Origin: Candidatus Cloacimonadota bacterium
Lineage (GTDB): Bacteria > Cloacimonadota > Cloacimonadia > G963667145
Direction of reading: 5' to 3'
Assembly: GCA_963667255.1 (NCBI GenBank)
Contig: OY762940.1
Location: 1,079,503 to 1,143,502, forward strand
DNA: 64,000 nucleotides
Part shown: piece by piece, positions 1 through 9,336 of the stretch
Numbering within the stretch: position 1 is the first letter of the stretch
How the letters are laid out: the number at the start of each line of letters is the position of its first letter
Notes under the pieces: model-generated
What the model was told of the DNA's origin: nothing
Seen by the model: only the letters and a program-made list of their open reading frames with translations
Databases searched by the model: none
Translations under genes and position numbers: made by a program

Positions 1-1695
1 AGTCTGTTTGCTCAGGATAAGCTGCAGGAATCTTTGAAATTTTATCAAGATTATTTGGATGAAAAATCAGGAAACAAATCGTTTGCCGACCAAGCTTATT
101 ACAAAATAGGTGTAGCTAATTATCGATTGGAAAAAAGCTCTGTGGCTCAAGACAAATTTAAGGCTGTTATAAATCTTTTCCCTAATTCTCTCAAACTTGC
201 TAGCAGTTATTTTTATCTTGGAGAAATTGAGTTCCAAAACAAAAATTACAAACAAGCCAAAGCGTATTTTTTGCAGTCAATTGGGAAAGAGAAATCGGAA
301 AGCACCTATTCCCGCTTGGCAGCTACTTGTTACAAATTAGGCGAATTGACGGAATCTTCCGAGTATTTGACAAAAGTGAAAAATGTTAACTTATACGAAA
401 AATTTCTTTTGGAAGGAGATATTTTCTTTAGTAAACAAAATTTGAATTTGGCACTGGAAAGCTATAACAAGGCTCTGACGGCGAAAAATGCCGATAAGAC
501 GGAGATAATGGTTAGGATTGCTTCTGTTTACTACAACGGGCAAGATTACGAAAAAGCGTTGCAGATTTATCAAGATTTATACAAAGATAGCCACGATGTT
601 GATTATTTGTTGAACATTGCCAACATCTATTTTGCCAAGGAAGATTATAAAAATGCCGTGAAGTTTTTCATCTCTTATAAGGAAAAAAGCAAAAGCACTT
701 CTCCCGACCTTCTTTTTTCGATAGCGAATTGCTATTATAACGAAGGCGATTATCGTCAGTCGGTTGTTTATTACAAAAGCGTAATCTATCCGCAAAGCAA
801 ATTTTTGCAAGAGGCTTTGGACGGTTTGGTTTGGGCAGGTTCGTGTGATTCTGCGATTGCGGTCGAGAGCGAGCTTAATCAATTGTTTGCCAAATATTCG
901 GATAACTCTTTCAAATCCGATATAATGATGAAAAAAATAAACTATTTTCAAAATCAGCAAAATCCAACTAAGACCGTAGATGCCTGTAAGGAGTTTTTGT
1001 CCGTTAAGCCACAAGATTTGCAGGTTAATTTGATTCTGTCAAAAAATTATGCTTTGTTGGGCGAATACAAAAAAGCGGATAATGTCCTGAGTGTGTGCAA
1101 GACGGATGATCCGGAAGTGATACTTAGTTGGGCGAAGTTGAAATTGAAGCAAAACGATACTTTGGGTGCTCTTGAGAAATTGCAAAAAGGTGCACTTTCC
1201 GCTAAAAATCAGCCGATTTGGTTGGAATATTTGAGGCTTCTGTCGCTAAAAGTCAGTCCGATTTTTGAGAGCAAATTTGCTGAGTTCTCTTCGTTTGCAA
1301 ACCAAGTCTATTTGCAACAGGCGAAGATTTATAAGGTTGACTATCTGATACGAAGCAAAGATTATCCGAAAGCGACCGTTTTGGTCAATGAGTTGCGAGG
1401 CAGTAAATATGAGGAAATTGTCAGTAAAGCGGGTTATTTTTTGGGACTGATTTATTACGAACAGCAACAGTATAAAGAGGCTGTGATTGAGTTTTTGAAA
1501 ACCGTTTACCTCTTTCCCGATAGGCAAGATTTGGCTTTGCAGGCTAATGTGAAAGCGATTTATTGCTACTATTATCTCAAAGACCCGTCAAGAGCAACAA
1601 TCATATATGATAAAATTAAAAATAACTTGACTGAAAAAATGGCGAAAGAGATTGCCTTTATGTTGGGGGTGACTTATGAGAAAGATAATATTTAG
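1..1695 (+). CDS. TPR repeat protein (5' end probably truncated by window start; reading frame is open from base 1)
   Basis: Repeated TPR-like Y/F-rich helical motifs (e.g. AYYKIGVANYRL, YFYLGEIEFQNKNYKQAKAYF, IANCYYNEGDYRQS); frame 1 is open upstream of the TTG at 34. Confidence 0.55.
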   Translation, partial: SLFAQDKLQESLKFYQDYLDEKSGNKSFADQAYYKIGVANYRLEKSSVAQDKFKAVINLFPNSLKLASSYFYLGEIEFQNKNYKQAKAYFLQSIGKEKSESTYSRLAATCYKLGELTESSEYLTKVKNVNLYEKFLLEGDIFFSKQNLNLALESYNKALTAKNADKTEIMVRIASVYYNGQDYEKALQIYQDLYKDSHDVDYLLNIANIYFAKEDYKNAVKFFISYKEKSKSTSPDLLFSIANCYYNEGDYRQSVVYYKSVIYPQSKFLQEALDGLVWAGSCDSAIAVESELNQLFAKYSDNSFKSDIMMKKINYFQNQQNPTKTVDACKEFLSVKPQDLQVNLILSKNYALLGEYKKADNVLSVCKTDDPEVILSWAKLKLKQNDTLGALEKLQKGALSAKNQPIWLEYLRLLSLKVSPIFESKFAEFSSFANQVYLQQAKIYKVDYLIRSKDYPKATVLVNELRGSKYEEIVSKAGYFLGLIYYEQQQYKEAVIEFLKTVYLFPDRQDLALQANVKAIYCYYYLKDPSRATIIYDKIKNNLTEKMAKEIAFMLGVTYEKDNI

Positions 1696-2380
1696 TTTAT
1701 TTTTTATCTGTTTTTCTTGTTTGTTGTTTGCTCAAATCTCTTCGAGCAAAGCGAGTGAGTATTATACTCAAAAAAAATATCAGGCTGCATTGCAGGAATA
1801 TTTCAACTTGCCGGAAAATGCCGATACTTACTACAATATCGGTAATTGCTATTACAAATTGGGAGATTATGGGAAAGCTATTCTTTTCTATCATCGTGCG
1901 TTAAGACTAAATCCCAATTCTTGGCAGATTTTGAAAAATCTACAAATTGCCGAGAAAACCCTTTTGGATAAGCCTGTTGAGTTGACCAAAATGGAAAAAT
2001 TGTGGGAGCAAGCGGATAGGCTCTTGTCACTAAATGCGTTGGCTTTGCTTATCTTGGCTTTGCTGTTCATTATGTGTGTTTTTTGGATAGTTGCGGTTTA
2101 CAAGCCTCGCATCAGATATTTGTCGTTTCTTTCGCTTTTGGTTTGCTTGGCTTTTGGATATTTTGCGTTTCAAAAGCACGAAGCGATGAAATCTGAGGCA
2201 GTTTTGATTGCCGATGAGGCTACGGGGTATAGTGGTCCTGCGGAAGATTTTAAGACTGTTTTCACTATTCACGAAGGCAATTTTTTCACGGTGCTTGAGC
2301 AAGATGGTCTTTGGAGCAAAATCAAGCTGAAACAAGGGTTTGTAGCTTGGATTAAATCGGAAAATTTAGAAAAAATATAA
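1676..2380 (+). CDS. TPR plus TM plus SH3-like protein, BatE-like
   Basis: N-terminal signal/TM segment, TPR motif (YYNIGNCYYKLGDYGKAILFYHRALRLNP), central hydrophobic helices, C-terminal SH3b-like tail; overlaps upstream TPR gene by 20 nt. Confidence 0.45.
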   Translation: MRKIIFSLFFICFSCLLFAQISSSKASEYYTQKKYQAALQEYFNLPENADTYYNIGNCYYKLGDYGKAILFYHRALRLNPNSWQILKNLQIAEKTLLDKPVELTKMEKLWEQADRLLSLNALALLILALLFIMCVFWIVAVYKPRIRYLSFLSLLVCLAFGYFAFQKHEAMKSEAVLIADEATGYSGPAEDFKTVFTIHEGNFFTVLEQDGLWSKIKLKQGFVAWIKSENLEKI

Positions 2381-2400
2381 ATAGTTTAAAGGAGATTCAG

Positions 2401-3639
2401 ATGGCAAAAATTAGAGGAATTAGGGGATTGCGTCCAGCGTTGGATAAGGTGGATAAGGTAGCTTCAAGACCTTATGATGTGCTCAATTCTGCTGAAGCGA
2501 GGGTAGAGGCAAAGGGCAACCCTTATAGTTTTTTGCATGTGGTCAAACCGGAGATAGATTTGCCGGAAAGTGTTGATTTGTATTCCGACGAGGTTTATCG
2601 AAAAGGGAAAGAAAATCTTTATCGTTTTTACGAAGAAGGCGTATTTGTCAGAGATGAGAAGCCCACGATGTATGTTTACAAGCTTGTTTGGAAAAGCGTT
2701 TGCCAAATTGGCTTGGTGGTAGGTGCATCTGTGGAAGATTATGAAAACGACATTATCAAAAAGCACGAGAAAACCCGTTCTGACAAAGAAGCTGACAGAG
2801 TAAAACATGTTGAGACGCAAAACGCTAACGCTGGACCGATTTTTTTGACTTATCGTGACAAGGCTGAAATTGACAAAATTATCAATAAAGAGATGGAGAG
2901 TGCACCTTTATACGATTTTGACTGTGGCGATGGCGTGCAACACACTCTTTGGAAAATTTCTGACGATGGAGTCATCGCAAAGTTAAAAAGTGAATTTGCC
3001 AAGATAGACTATTTGTATGTAGCAGACGGACATCATCGCTCCGCCAGTGCCGCTATAGTTGGCAAACGCAAAAGGGACGCTAATCCCAATCATACAGGTG
3101 ATGAAGGTTACAATTTCTTTTTGTCCGTTTTGTTCCCTGCATCTCATTTGTATATAATGGATTATAACAGAATTGTGCAAGATTTGAATGGCTATTCTGT
3201 TGACGAGTTTTTGTCCAAAGTGAAAGAGAAATTTGTAGTGGAGAAACTTTCAGGTGAACAAAAACCGAGCAAAATGCACGAATTTTCTATGTATTTGGCA
3301 GGAAGTTGGTATAAGCTCACAGCCCAAGCGGAGATAATTGACAATAGCAGTGTTATAGGTGTTTTGGACACTTCTATCTTGCAGGATAATCTTTTGGAGC
3401 CTCTGTTGGACATCCAAGACCCCAAGACTAGTAAGCGAATCGATTTTGTCGGTGGCATCAGAGGTTTGGGAGAACTCTCCAAGAGAGTTGACAATGGCGA
3501 GGCAGTTGCTTTCGCTTTATATCCTACTTCTATCAAGCAACTTATGGATATTGCCGATGCAGGCAAAATAATGCCTCCTAAATCTACTTGGTTTGAGCCG
3601 AAACTCAGATCAGGTTTGGTGGTAAATCTTTTAGATTAA
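2401..3639 (+). CDS. DUF1015 family protein (function unknown)
   Basis: About 410 aa with conserved ADGHHR motif and overall DUF1015-like layout; RBS aaaggag upstream of ATG. Confidence 0.5.
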   Translation: MAKIRGIRGLRPALDKVDKVASRPYDVLNSAEARVEAKGNPYSFLHVVKPEIDLPESVDLYSDEVYRKGKENLYRFYEEGVFVRDEKPTMYVYKLVWKSVCQIGLVVGASVEDYENDIIKKHEKTRSDKEADRVKHVETQNANAGPIFLTYRDKAEIDKIINKEMESAPLYDFDCGDGVQHTLWKISDDGVIAKLKSEFAKIDYLYVADGHHRSASAAIVGKRKRDANPNHTGDEGYNFFLSVLFPASHLYIMDYNRIVQDLNGYSVDEFLSKVKEKFVVEKLSGEQKPSKMHEFSMYLAGSWYKLTAQAEIIDNSSVIGVLDTSILQDNLLEPLLDIQDPKTSKRIDFVGGIRGLGELSKRVDNGEAVAFALYPTSIKQLMDIADAGKIMPPKSTWFEPKLRSGLVVNLLD

Positions 3640-3711
3640 ATTTGGAATGTTTATTTTTCACGCCTTGACGATTTGGTTCGGCAGGGCGTTGTTTTTTTGG
3701 AGAGTTGGAGA

Positions 3712-4329
3712 ATGAATATAATTTTTGATTATTTAGGACTTGCTGGAGCGTTTGTTATGGCTGTCTCTGGGACTTTGACGGCGATGCAGAAGAGGTTTGA
3801 TATTTTTGGCATCGTTATTATCGCTTTTGTTACAGCAGTCGGTGGAGGAACTCTCAGGGATATGCTAATCAATGGTAGGTCTGTTTTTTGGTTGCACGAT
3901 TTACTTTATATTTATGCCATTTTTGCGGGGACGATTTTTGCCATTATTTTCAGAAATTATTTGAGTTATCTTCGACAAACTTTTTTGGTCTTTGATGCCG
4001 CAGGATTGGCACTTTTTACCATTTTGGGTGTTCAGATAGGAATTGATTTTAGCTTAGATTTTTTGGTTTGCATCATTTTGGGAACTGTTACGGGAGCATT
4101 TGGAGGGATTTTGCGGGACATTTTTGTTGGCGATGTTCCTATCATTTTCAAGCAAGAAATTTATGCCACCATTTCTATACTGGGAGGAGCGTTCTTTTAT
4201 CTGCTCGATAGTTATTGTGATTTGGTGTATTTGACCAAAATTTTACCCATAATTTTCATTATAGTCAGCAGAGTGATTGTGGTGCGTTACAAAATACATC
4301 TTCCGTGTTTTACTCTAAAGGAAAAATGA
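3712..4329 (+). CDS. UPF0126/TRIC-like membrane protein (YadS/YicG family)
   Basis: Two repeated halves each with G-G-x-(L/I)-R-D motif (GGGTLRDM, GGILRDIF) and multiple TM helices; ATG at 3712 preferred over upstream ORF-track start. Confidence 0.55.
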   Translation: MNIIFDYLGLAGAFVMAVSGTLTAMQKRFDIFGIVIIAFVTAVGGGTLRDMLINGRSVFWLHDLLYIYAIFAGTIFAIIFRNYLSYLRQTFLVFDAAGLALFTILGVQIGIDFSLDFLVCIILGTVTGAFGGILRDIFVGDVPIIFKQEIYATISILGGAFFYLLDSYCDLVYLTKILPIIFIIVSRVIVVRYKIHLPCFTLKEK

Positions 4330-4352
4330 TTGTGGTTTCATATCAATAAAAA

Positions 4353-4373
4353 AAGAGCCGATTTTCGGCTCTT
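4353..4373. terminator. Bidirectional rho-independent terminator hairpin between convergent genes
   Basis: agagccga-ttt-tcggctct stem-loop flanked by A-run upstream and T-run downstream. Confidence 0.5.
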
Positions 4374-4392
4374 TTAGTTGTCTAAAACTTAA

Positions 4393-5325
4393 TTAGTCTC
4401 TATTTTCTCTAAAATAAGGTATTCCCAAAGATTTTGGAGTTTGGGAAATTCTCCCTCTCAGGTTAACATAAAGCAAGAAAACTATAGTCGCAAGATAGGG
4501 AATAGTGTTCAAAAGGAAAGTCGGCACATGAAATCCCATCGCTTGAAGTCGTGGTTGCATAGCTTCCAAAATTCCGAAAAGGAAAGCCCCGCCGAAAGCG
4601 TAATAAGGATTCCAGTTGGCGAAAATAACCAAAGCGATAACAATCCAACCTTTCCCCGAGGTCATCTTTTCCACCCAAAACGGAGTGTAGCAAAGGGAAA
4701 GATATGCTCCGGCAATACCTGCCAAAAATCCTCCGAAAATAGTGCAAAGATATCTGATTTTAATAACATGTATTCCCATGATTTCGCTGGCGAGAGGCTC
4801 TTCTCCTGCGGATTTTACGCCGAGTCCGTATTTGGTTTTGTTGAGGAAAATCCAAGCACAAATCACCAAAACATAGCTAAGGTAAACCAAAATATTTTGG
4901 TCAAAAAATACCAGTCCGATAAGTGGAATTTTGGACAAAAGAGGAATGGCAAGATTGGGAAGATGATGAGACAGAGATTTGCCGATTAGCTCTTCACCCA
5001 ACATAGCACTAAGCCCTGTGCCAAAAGTGGTTAAAGCAATTCCAGTTACATATTGGTTTGTTCTCAGAGTGATGGTCAAAAAAGCGAAAATCAAAGAGAG
5101 TAACAAACCTACAACTCCCGCTAAAAGTATTCCGAGAGCAATGCTATTGTAGTGAAAGGCTGTTCCAAACCCGACACATGCTCCCATAAGCATCATTCCT
5201 TCTATACCAAGGTTACAAATTCCGGATTTCTCCGTGATAATTTCCCCGATAGTGGCGAACAGGACAACCGTGCCACTGGCGACACCTGTAATCAATATAG
5301 ATTGTAAAACTGTATACCAACTCAT
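4393..5325 (-). CDS. ABC transporter permease (BMP/nucleoside-type, second permease)
   Basis: Polytopic membrane protein, typical branched-chain/sugar-type ABC permease architecture, in operon with dual-domain ATPase. Confidence 0.7.
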   Translation of the reverse strand: MSWYTVLQSILITGVASGTVVLFATIGEIITEKSGICNLGIEGMMLMGACVGFGTAFHYNSIALGILLAGVVGLLLSLIFAFLTITLRTNQYVTGIALTTFGTGLSAMLGEELIGKSLSHHLPNLAIPLLSKIPLIGLVFFDQNILVYLSYVLVICAWIFLNKTKYGLGVKSAGEEPLASEIMGIHVIKIRYLCTIFGGFLAGIAGAYLSLCYTPFWVEKMTSGKGWIVIALVIFANWNPYYAFGGAFLFGILEAMQPRLQAMGFHVPTFLLNTIPYLATIVFLLYVNLRGRISQTPKSLGIPYFRENRD

Positions 5326-5326
5326 A

Positions 5327-6391
5327 TTACTTTCTCTCCTTTCCTACCACTTTGATGTTATAGTTTTTGAAAATTTCGCTACCCAAAATTGCGAATAAAA
5401 TAATCCCTTGAGCGATAGTTCCCATAGATGCGGGCAGACCCATCAACATTTCCAACATCTCCGAAGCTGTGATGACAGCACTCATAAAGAGGGCATAAAC
5501 GACAATCCCAACTGGATTGGCACGGGCAAGCCAAGCAACGATAATTCCTGTGAAGCCGTAACCCATGGAAAGCTGGTGTTGCAGTTTATATTGAACTCCG
5601 GCAACTTCACTCATTCCGGCAAGTCCGGCAAGCAAGCCACTTACCAAAAAGACAGAAAACATAATTCTCTTAACATTGATTCCCGAGTAAGTTGCGGATT
5701 TTGTGGACGCTCCTGTAATGCGAACTTTGTATCCCCACGAAGAGTATTTTATGAGCACATAGATAATGACAGTGGCTATTATGGCTAAAATCAAACCAGA
5801 GTGAACTCTCTCAAATCCAAGGAGAGGTAATTGTGCTTGCAGAGGGAATTCGGGTGTAAAAGGATAGTTGTCTTCATTTTTCCAAATACCGAAAATCAAA
5901 TGGTCAACCAAATAAACAGCAACATAGTTTAGGAGCAGAGTTGTGATAATCTCGTCAACTTTGAACCGAATTTTTAGAACCGCAGGAATAAATGCCCAAA
6001 ACGCACCTCCGATACCACCAGCGACAACCATTACAGTTAATTCGACAAATCTCGGCATAGTGGGCAAGTGCATTACTATGGCGGTAGCGAACATAGCTCC
6101 GATGTAGAGTTGTCCGTCGGCACCGATATTCCAAACCTTACTGGTGAGAGCTATACCAACAGCCAGCCCACAAAACAAAAGAGGAGTGGCTTTTACCAAA
6201 ACTTCGCTTAGTCCGTATTCTGTAAAAAGAGTAGTGTCTATAGAGACCCAAAAAGCCTCAAGCGGATTTACACCTTTGAGAGCCACTATGATGCCGCAAA
6301 CAATGAAAGCAATACAAATGGCAATCAAGGAGATACCTACATCCATTTTGGCACTTACTCTTTCTTTTTGGATTAATTTTAATTTCATCAT
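5327..6391 (-). CDS. ABC transporter permease (BMP/nucleoside-type, first permease)
   Basis: Polytopic membrane protein; 1-nt spacing to downstream permease. Confidence 0.7.
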   Translation of the reverse strand: MMKLKLIQKERVSAKMDVGISLIAICIAFIVCGIIVALKGVNPLEAFWVSIDTTLFTEYGLSEVLVKATPLLFCGLAVGIALTSKVWNIGADGQLYIGAMFATAIVMHLPTMPRFVELTVMVVAGGIGGAFWAFIPAVLKIRFKVDEIITTLLLNYVAVYLVDHLIFGIWKNEDNYPFTPEFPLQAQLPLLGFERVHSGLILAIIATVIIYVLIKYSSWGYKVRITGASTKSATYSGINVKRIMFSVFLVSGLLAGLAGMSEVAGVQYKLQHQLSMGYGFTGIIVAWLARANPVGIVVYALFMSAVITASEMLEMLMGLPASMGTIAQGIILFAILGSEIFKNYNIKVVGKERK

Positions 6392-6405
6392 TAGTTAAGC
6401 TCCTT

Positions 6406-7926
6406 TTATTTATCCAAATCTTCTTGATGAGTTCCACTCATCATCAAACCGATTTCGCTGATGTCATATTCGCCGTTTTTGAACTGACCCATGAATTTTC
6501 CTTCATACATCACAGCCAACTTATCAGCAAGTCCGAAAAGCTCATCAAAATCGCTGGAAACCAATAAGATAGATTTCCCTTGATTCCGCAAATCCAAGAG
6601 TGCTTTTCTAACAAAATCTGTCGCACCTACATCCAAGCCTCTGGTAGGGTAGGAGCAGATAAAAAGGTCGCTTCCTGCTTCGATTTCCCGACCGATAATA
6701 ATTTTTTGCAGGTTTCCTCCGGAGAGCAAAACAGCAGGGAAGTTCATCCCGGGGTGCAAAACATCGTATTTTTTCAAAATATTGCAAGCGGTGTAATCTT
6801 TCAGTAAATTGATTCTTAAGAAATTTCTTTTTTGGTAGCCGGCTTTTCGATAAATTTTACTCACGGAATTTTCCCAAATAGGTCTATTCCCAGCCACTCC
6901 CACATTCACTCTGTCGCTGGGCACATAGCTGATTCCGGCATCTATTCTCTGGCAAATACTACAGTTTGAAATATCCTTTCCGTTAAGAGAAATTTTCCCC
7001 GATTTAATAGGTATAATTCCCATAATGGCTTCCATCAATTCAAGTTGTCCATTACCGGTAACACCAGCAATCCCCAAAATCTCGCCCTTTTTGATGTCGA
7101 AGCTGACATTGTCCACAGTAGGCACTCTCTCTCCGACAGTTAAATTTTCGACAGCGATAGTGCATTCAGAAGAATTAATCTCTTTGCGGTCGAAGATGAT
7201 TGTCTCTTTTTCCCCGACCATCATTACCGACAGTTCTTTGGGCTCAACATCTTTTGTAGCAATAGTGCCGATTTTGTCTCCTTTACGCATAACCGTAATC
7301 GTGTCGGCAACTTTGAAAACTTCCGGCATTTTGTGAGTAATAAAGATTACACCCTTGCCAGTTGAGGCAATTTTTTTGAAAGTTTCCAACAAGTTGTCGG
7401 CTTCTTGCTTGGTAAGCACGGTGGTAGGTTCATCAACTATCAATACCTTTACATCGCGAACCAGCATTTTCAGAATTTCAGCTTTTTGTCTCACACCGAT
7501 AGGGACTTGGTCGCATCTGGCATCCCAATCAAGTTTGAAATCGAATTTTTTGGCATACTCCATGATTAACTCTTTGCGTTCTTTCATGTTAAGCCAAACC
7601 TTATTCGAGGGCAAACCCAAAATTATATTTTCCAAAATGGTAAGACTGCCCACGAGGGAAAGTCTCTGGTGAACCATACCAATACCTTTTTGCAAGGCTT
7701 CACCAGGAAAATTTAATTTGAAAGGTTTTCCGTCAAATTCGATAGTGCCGGAATCTTGTTGGTAAACGCCTGTTAATATATTCATCAAAGTCGTTTTACC
7801 GGCACCGTTTTCGCCGAGCAGGGCGTGAATCTCGCCCTTTTTGAGAACAAAATCAATATCGCTGTTGGCTTTGTTGCCAAAGAAACTTTTATTGATTTTA
7901 TTCATTTTTACTAAAATGTCACTCAA
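6406..7926 (-). CDS. ABC transporter ATP-binding protein with two fused ATPase domains
   Basis: Walker A GENGAGKTT, signature LSGGNLQK, second P-loop GVTGNGQ; 506 aa typical of sugar/nucleoside dual ATPases. Confidence 0.8.
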   Translation of the reverse strand: MSDILVKMNKINKSFFGNKANSDIDFVLKKGEIHALLGENGAGKTTLMNILTGVYQQDSGTIEFDGKPFKLNFPGEALQKGIGMVHQRLSLVGSLTILENIILGLPSNKVWLNMKERKELIMEYAKKFDFKLDWDARCDQVPIGVRQKAEILKMLVRDVKVLIVDEPTTVLTKQEADNLLETFKKIASTGKGVIFITHKMPEVFKVADTITVMRKGDKIGTIATKDVEPKELSVMMVGEKETIIFDRKEINSSECTIAVENLTVGERVPTVDNVSFDIKKGEILGIAGVTGNGQLELMEAIMGIIPIKSGKISLNGKDISNCSICQRIDAGISYVPSDRVNVGVAGNRPIWENSVSKIYRKAGYQKRNFLRINLLKDYTACNILKKYDVLHPGMNFPAVLLSGGNLQKIIIGREIEAGSDLFICSYPTRGLDVGATDFVRKALLDLRNQGKSILLVSSDFDELFGLADKLAVMYEGKFMGQFKNGEYDISEIGLMMSGTHQEDLDK

Positions 7927-8152
7927 ACTTCCTCCTAATCAAACAGTTATTAATCAAAATATTACAACATCTTGACCATACAAAGCAATGACAAAAATAG
8001 TGGCAAGGAAAAATTCTAAATTTTGACCCCTCTATTTTTCGGACTAAAAATTCATATGTGATAAAAAAATCGTTAATATATTTAGTAAAAAATGTTTGAC
8101 ATATAAAAAGGAATTTTCTCAAATTGACAAAGAAATATCACATAACAAGGAG

Positions 8153-9244
8153 ATGATGATGAGAAAAAGAGCAAAATTGTTTCTCACAGTTGTAGCGATG
8201 CTTTCTTTGACAGTTAGTTTGATGGCTGCAGGTGTGGACGAATTGAGAGTAGGAGCGGTATATATTGGACCTGCTCGTGACGGTGGTTGGACTCAAGCCC
8301 ACGATGATGGTATTGAGTCTTTGCGTGATTTGCCTTATGTAAAGAAAATCATGAAAAAAGAGGAAGTTCCGGAAAGTTCTGAAGCTAGTAAAGCTATGAC
8401 TCAAATGATCAAATTGGGAAAATGTAATCTTATTTTTGCCACTTCTTTTGGTTACATGGATCAATCTTTGGGTGTAGCTAAAGATAATCCAGATGTAGTT
8501 GTCATGCACTGTTCCGGATACAAAACAGCTGATAATATGGGAACATATTACGGTAAAATTTACCAAGCTAAATTCTTGGGCGGTATGGTAGCTGGAATGA
8601 TGACAAAGTCTAACAAAATCGGTTATGTTGCTCCTATCGCTATCCCTGAGATTTATCGTCTTGTTGATGCTTTCGCTCTTGGTGTAAAATCTGTAAACAA
8701 AAAAGCCAAAGTGCAAGTTGTTTGGGTTGGTTCTTGGTTCGATCCTGCCAAAGAGATGGATGCCGCTAAATCTATGATTGAGCAAGGTTGTGATGTTATT
8801 ACCCAAGGTGGAGACTCTCCAGCTCCTCAACAAGCTGCTGAAAAAGCAGGTGTTTGGGCTATCGGTCATGACAATGACATGAGTGCTTATGCTCCTACAA
8901 AGAGCCTTACTTCTGTGGTATGGCACTGGGGTGTAATTTACAAGATGGTAGCAGAAGCTGTTCATAATGGGACTTGGAAAGCTCAAGGTCCTTCTGACTT
9001 TTGGCCAGATATCAGCACTGGTGTAGCTGGTCTTACACCTTATACCAAAAATGTACCTAAGAAAGTTCAAGACAAAGTTGAAGCTATGAAGGCGAAAATT
9101 GTTAGCGGTGACTACAAAATTTTCGAAGGTCCTCTTTATGATCAAGACGGCGAACTCAGAGTTAAGAAAGGTCAAGTTATGAAACCTCAAGAACTTTTGA
9201 GCATGGACTGGCTTGTTGACAACATCGTAGGGAATAAAAAATAA
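8153..9244 (+). CDS. BMP-family (Med/PnrA-like) ABC transporter substrate-binding lipoprotein
   Basis: Signal peptide MMRKRAKLFLTVVAMLSLTVSLMAAG, BMP-family periplasmic binding fold pattern; divergently transcribed from permease/ATPase operon; start chosen among ATG triplet after RBS aaggag. Confidence 0.7.
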   Translation: MMMRKRAKLFLTVVAMLSLTVSLMAAGVDELRVGAVYIGPARDGGWTQAHDDGIESLRDLPYVKKIMKKEEVPESSEASKAMTQMIKLGKCNLIFATSFGYMDQSLGVAKDNPDVVVMHCSGYKTADNMGTYYGKIYQAKFLGGMVAGMMTKSNKIGYVAPIAIPEIYRLVDAFALGVKSVNKKAKVQVVWVGSWFDPAKEMDAAKSMIEQGCDVITQGGDSPAPQQAAEKAGVWAIGHDNDMSAYAPTKSLTSVVWHWGVIYKMVAEAVHNGTWKAQGPSDFWPDISTGVAGLTPYTKNVPKKVQDKVEAMKAKIVSGDYKIFEGPLYDQDGELRVKKGQVMKPQELLSMDWLVDNIVGNKK

Positions 9245-9260
9245 TTTTATTTTTTGTTTA

Positions 9261-9291
9261 AGCGGAAACTGAATAGTTTCCGCTTTTTTTT
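9261..9291 (+). terminator. Rho-independent terminator
   Basis: agcggaaact-gaat-agtttccgct perfect hairpin followed by T8. Confidence 0.65.
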
Positions 9292-9336
9292 GTTCAGAAT
9301 AATTGACATTTTCATTGCCTATCAATTTGTTTCGTC

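Noticed and set aside
4441-4989. 182-aa plus-strand ORF
   Set aside because: Antisense to ABC permease gene; spurious.
8138-9325. 395-aa ORF on the minus strand
   Set aside because: Antisense to the well-supported BMP-family substrate-binding gene; low-complexity composition, no motifs; typical shadow ORF.
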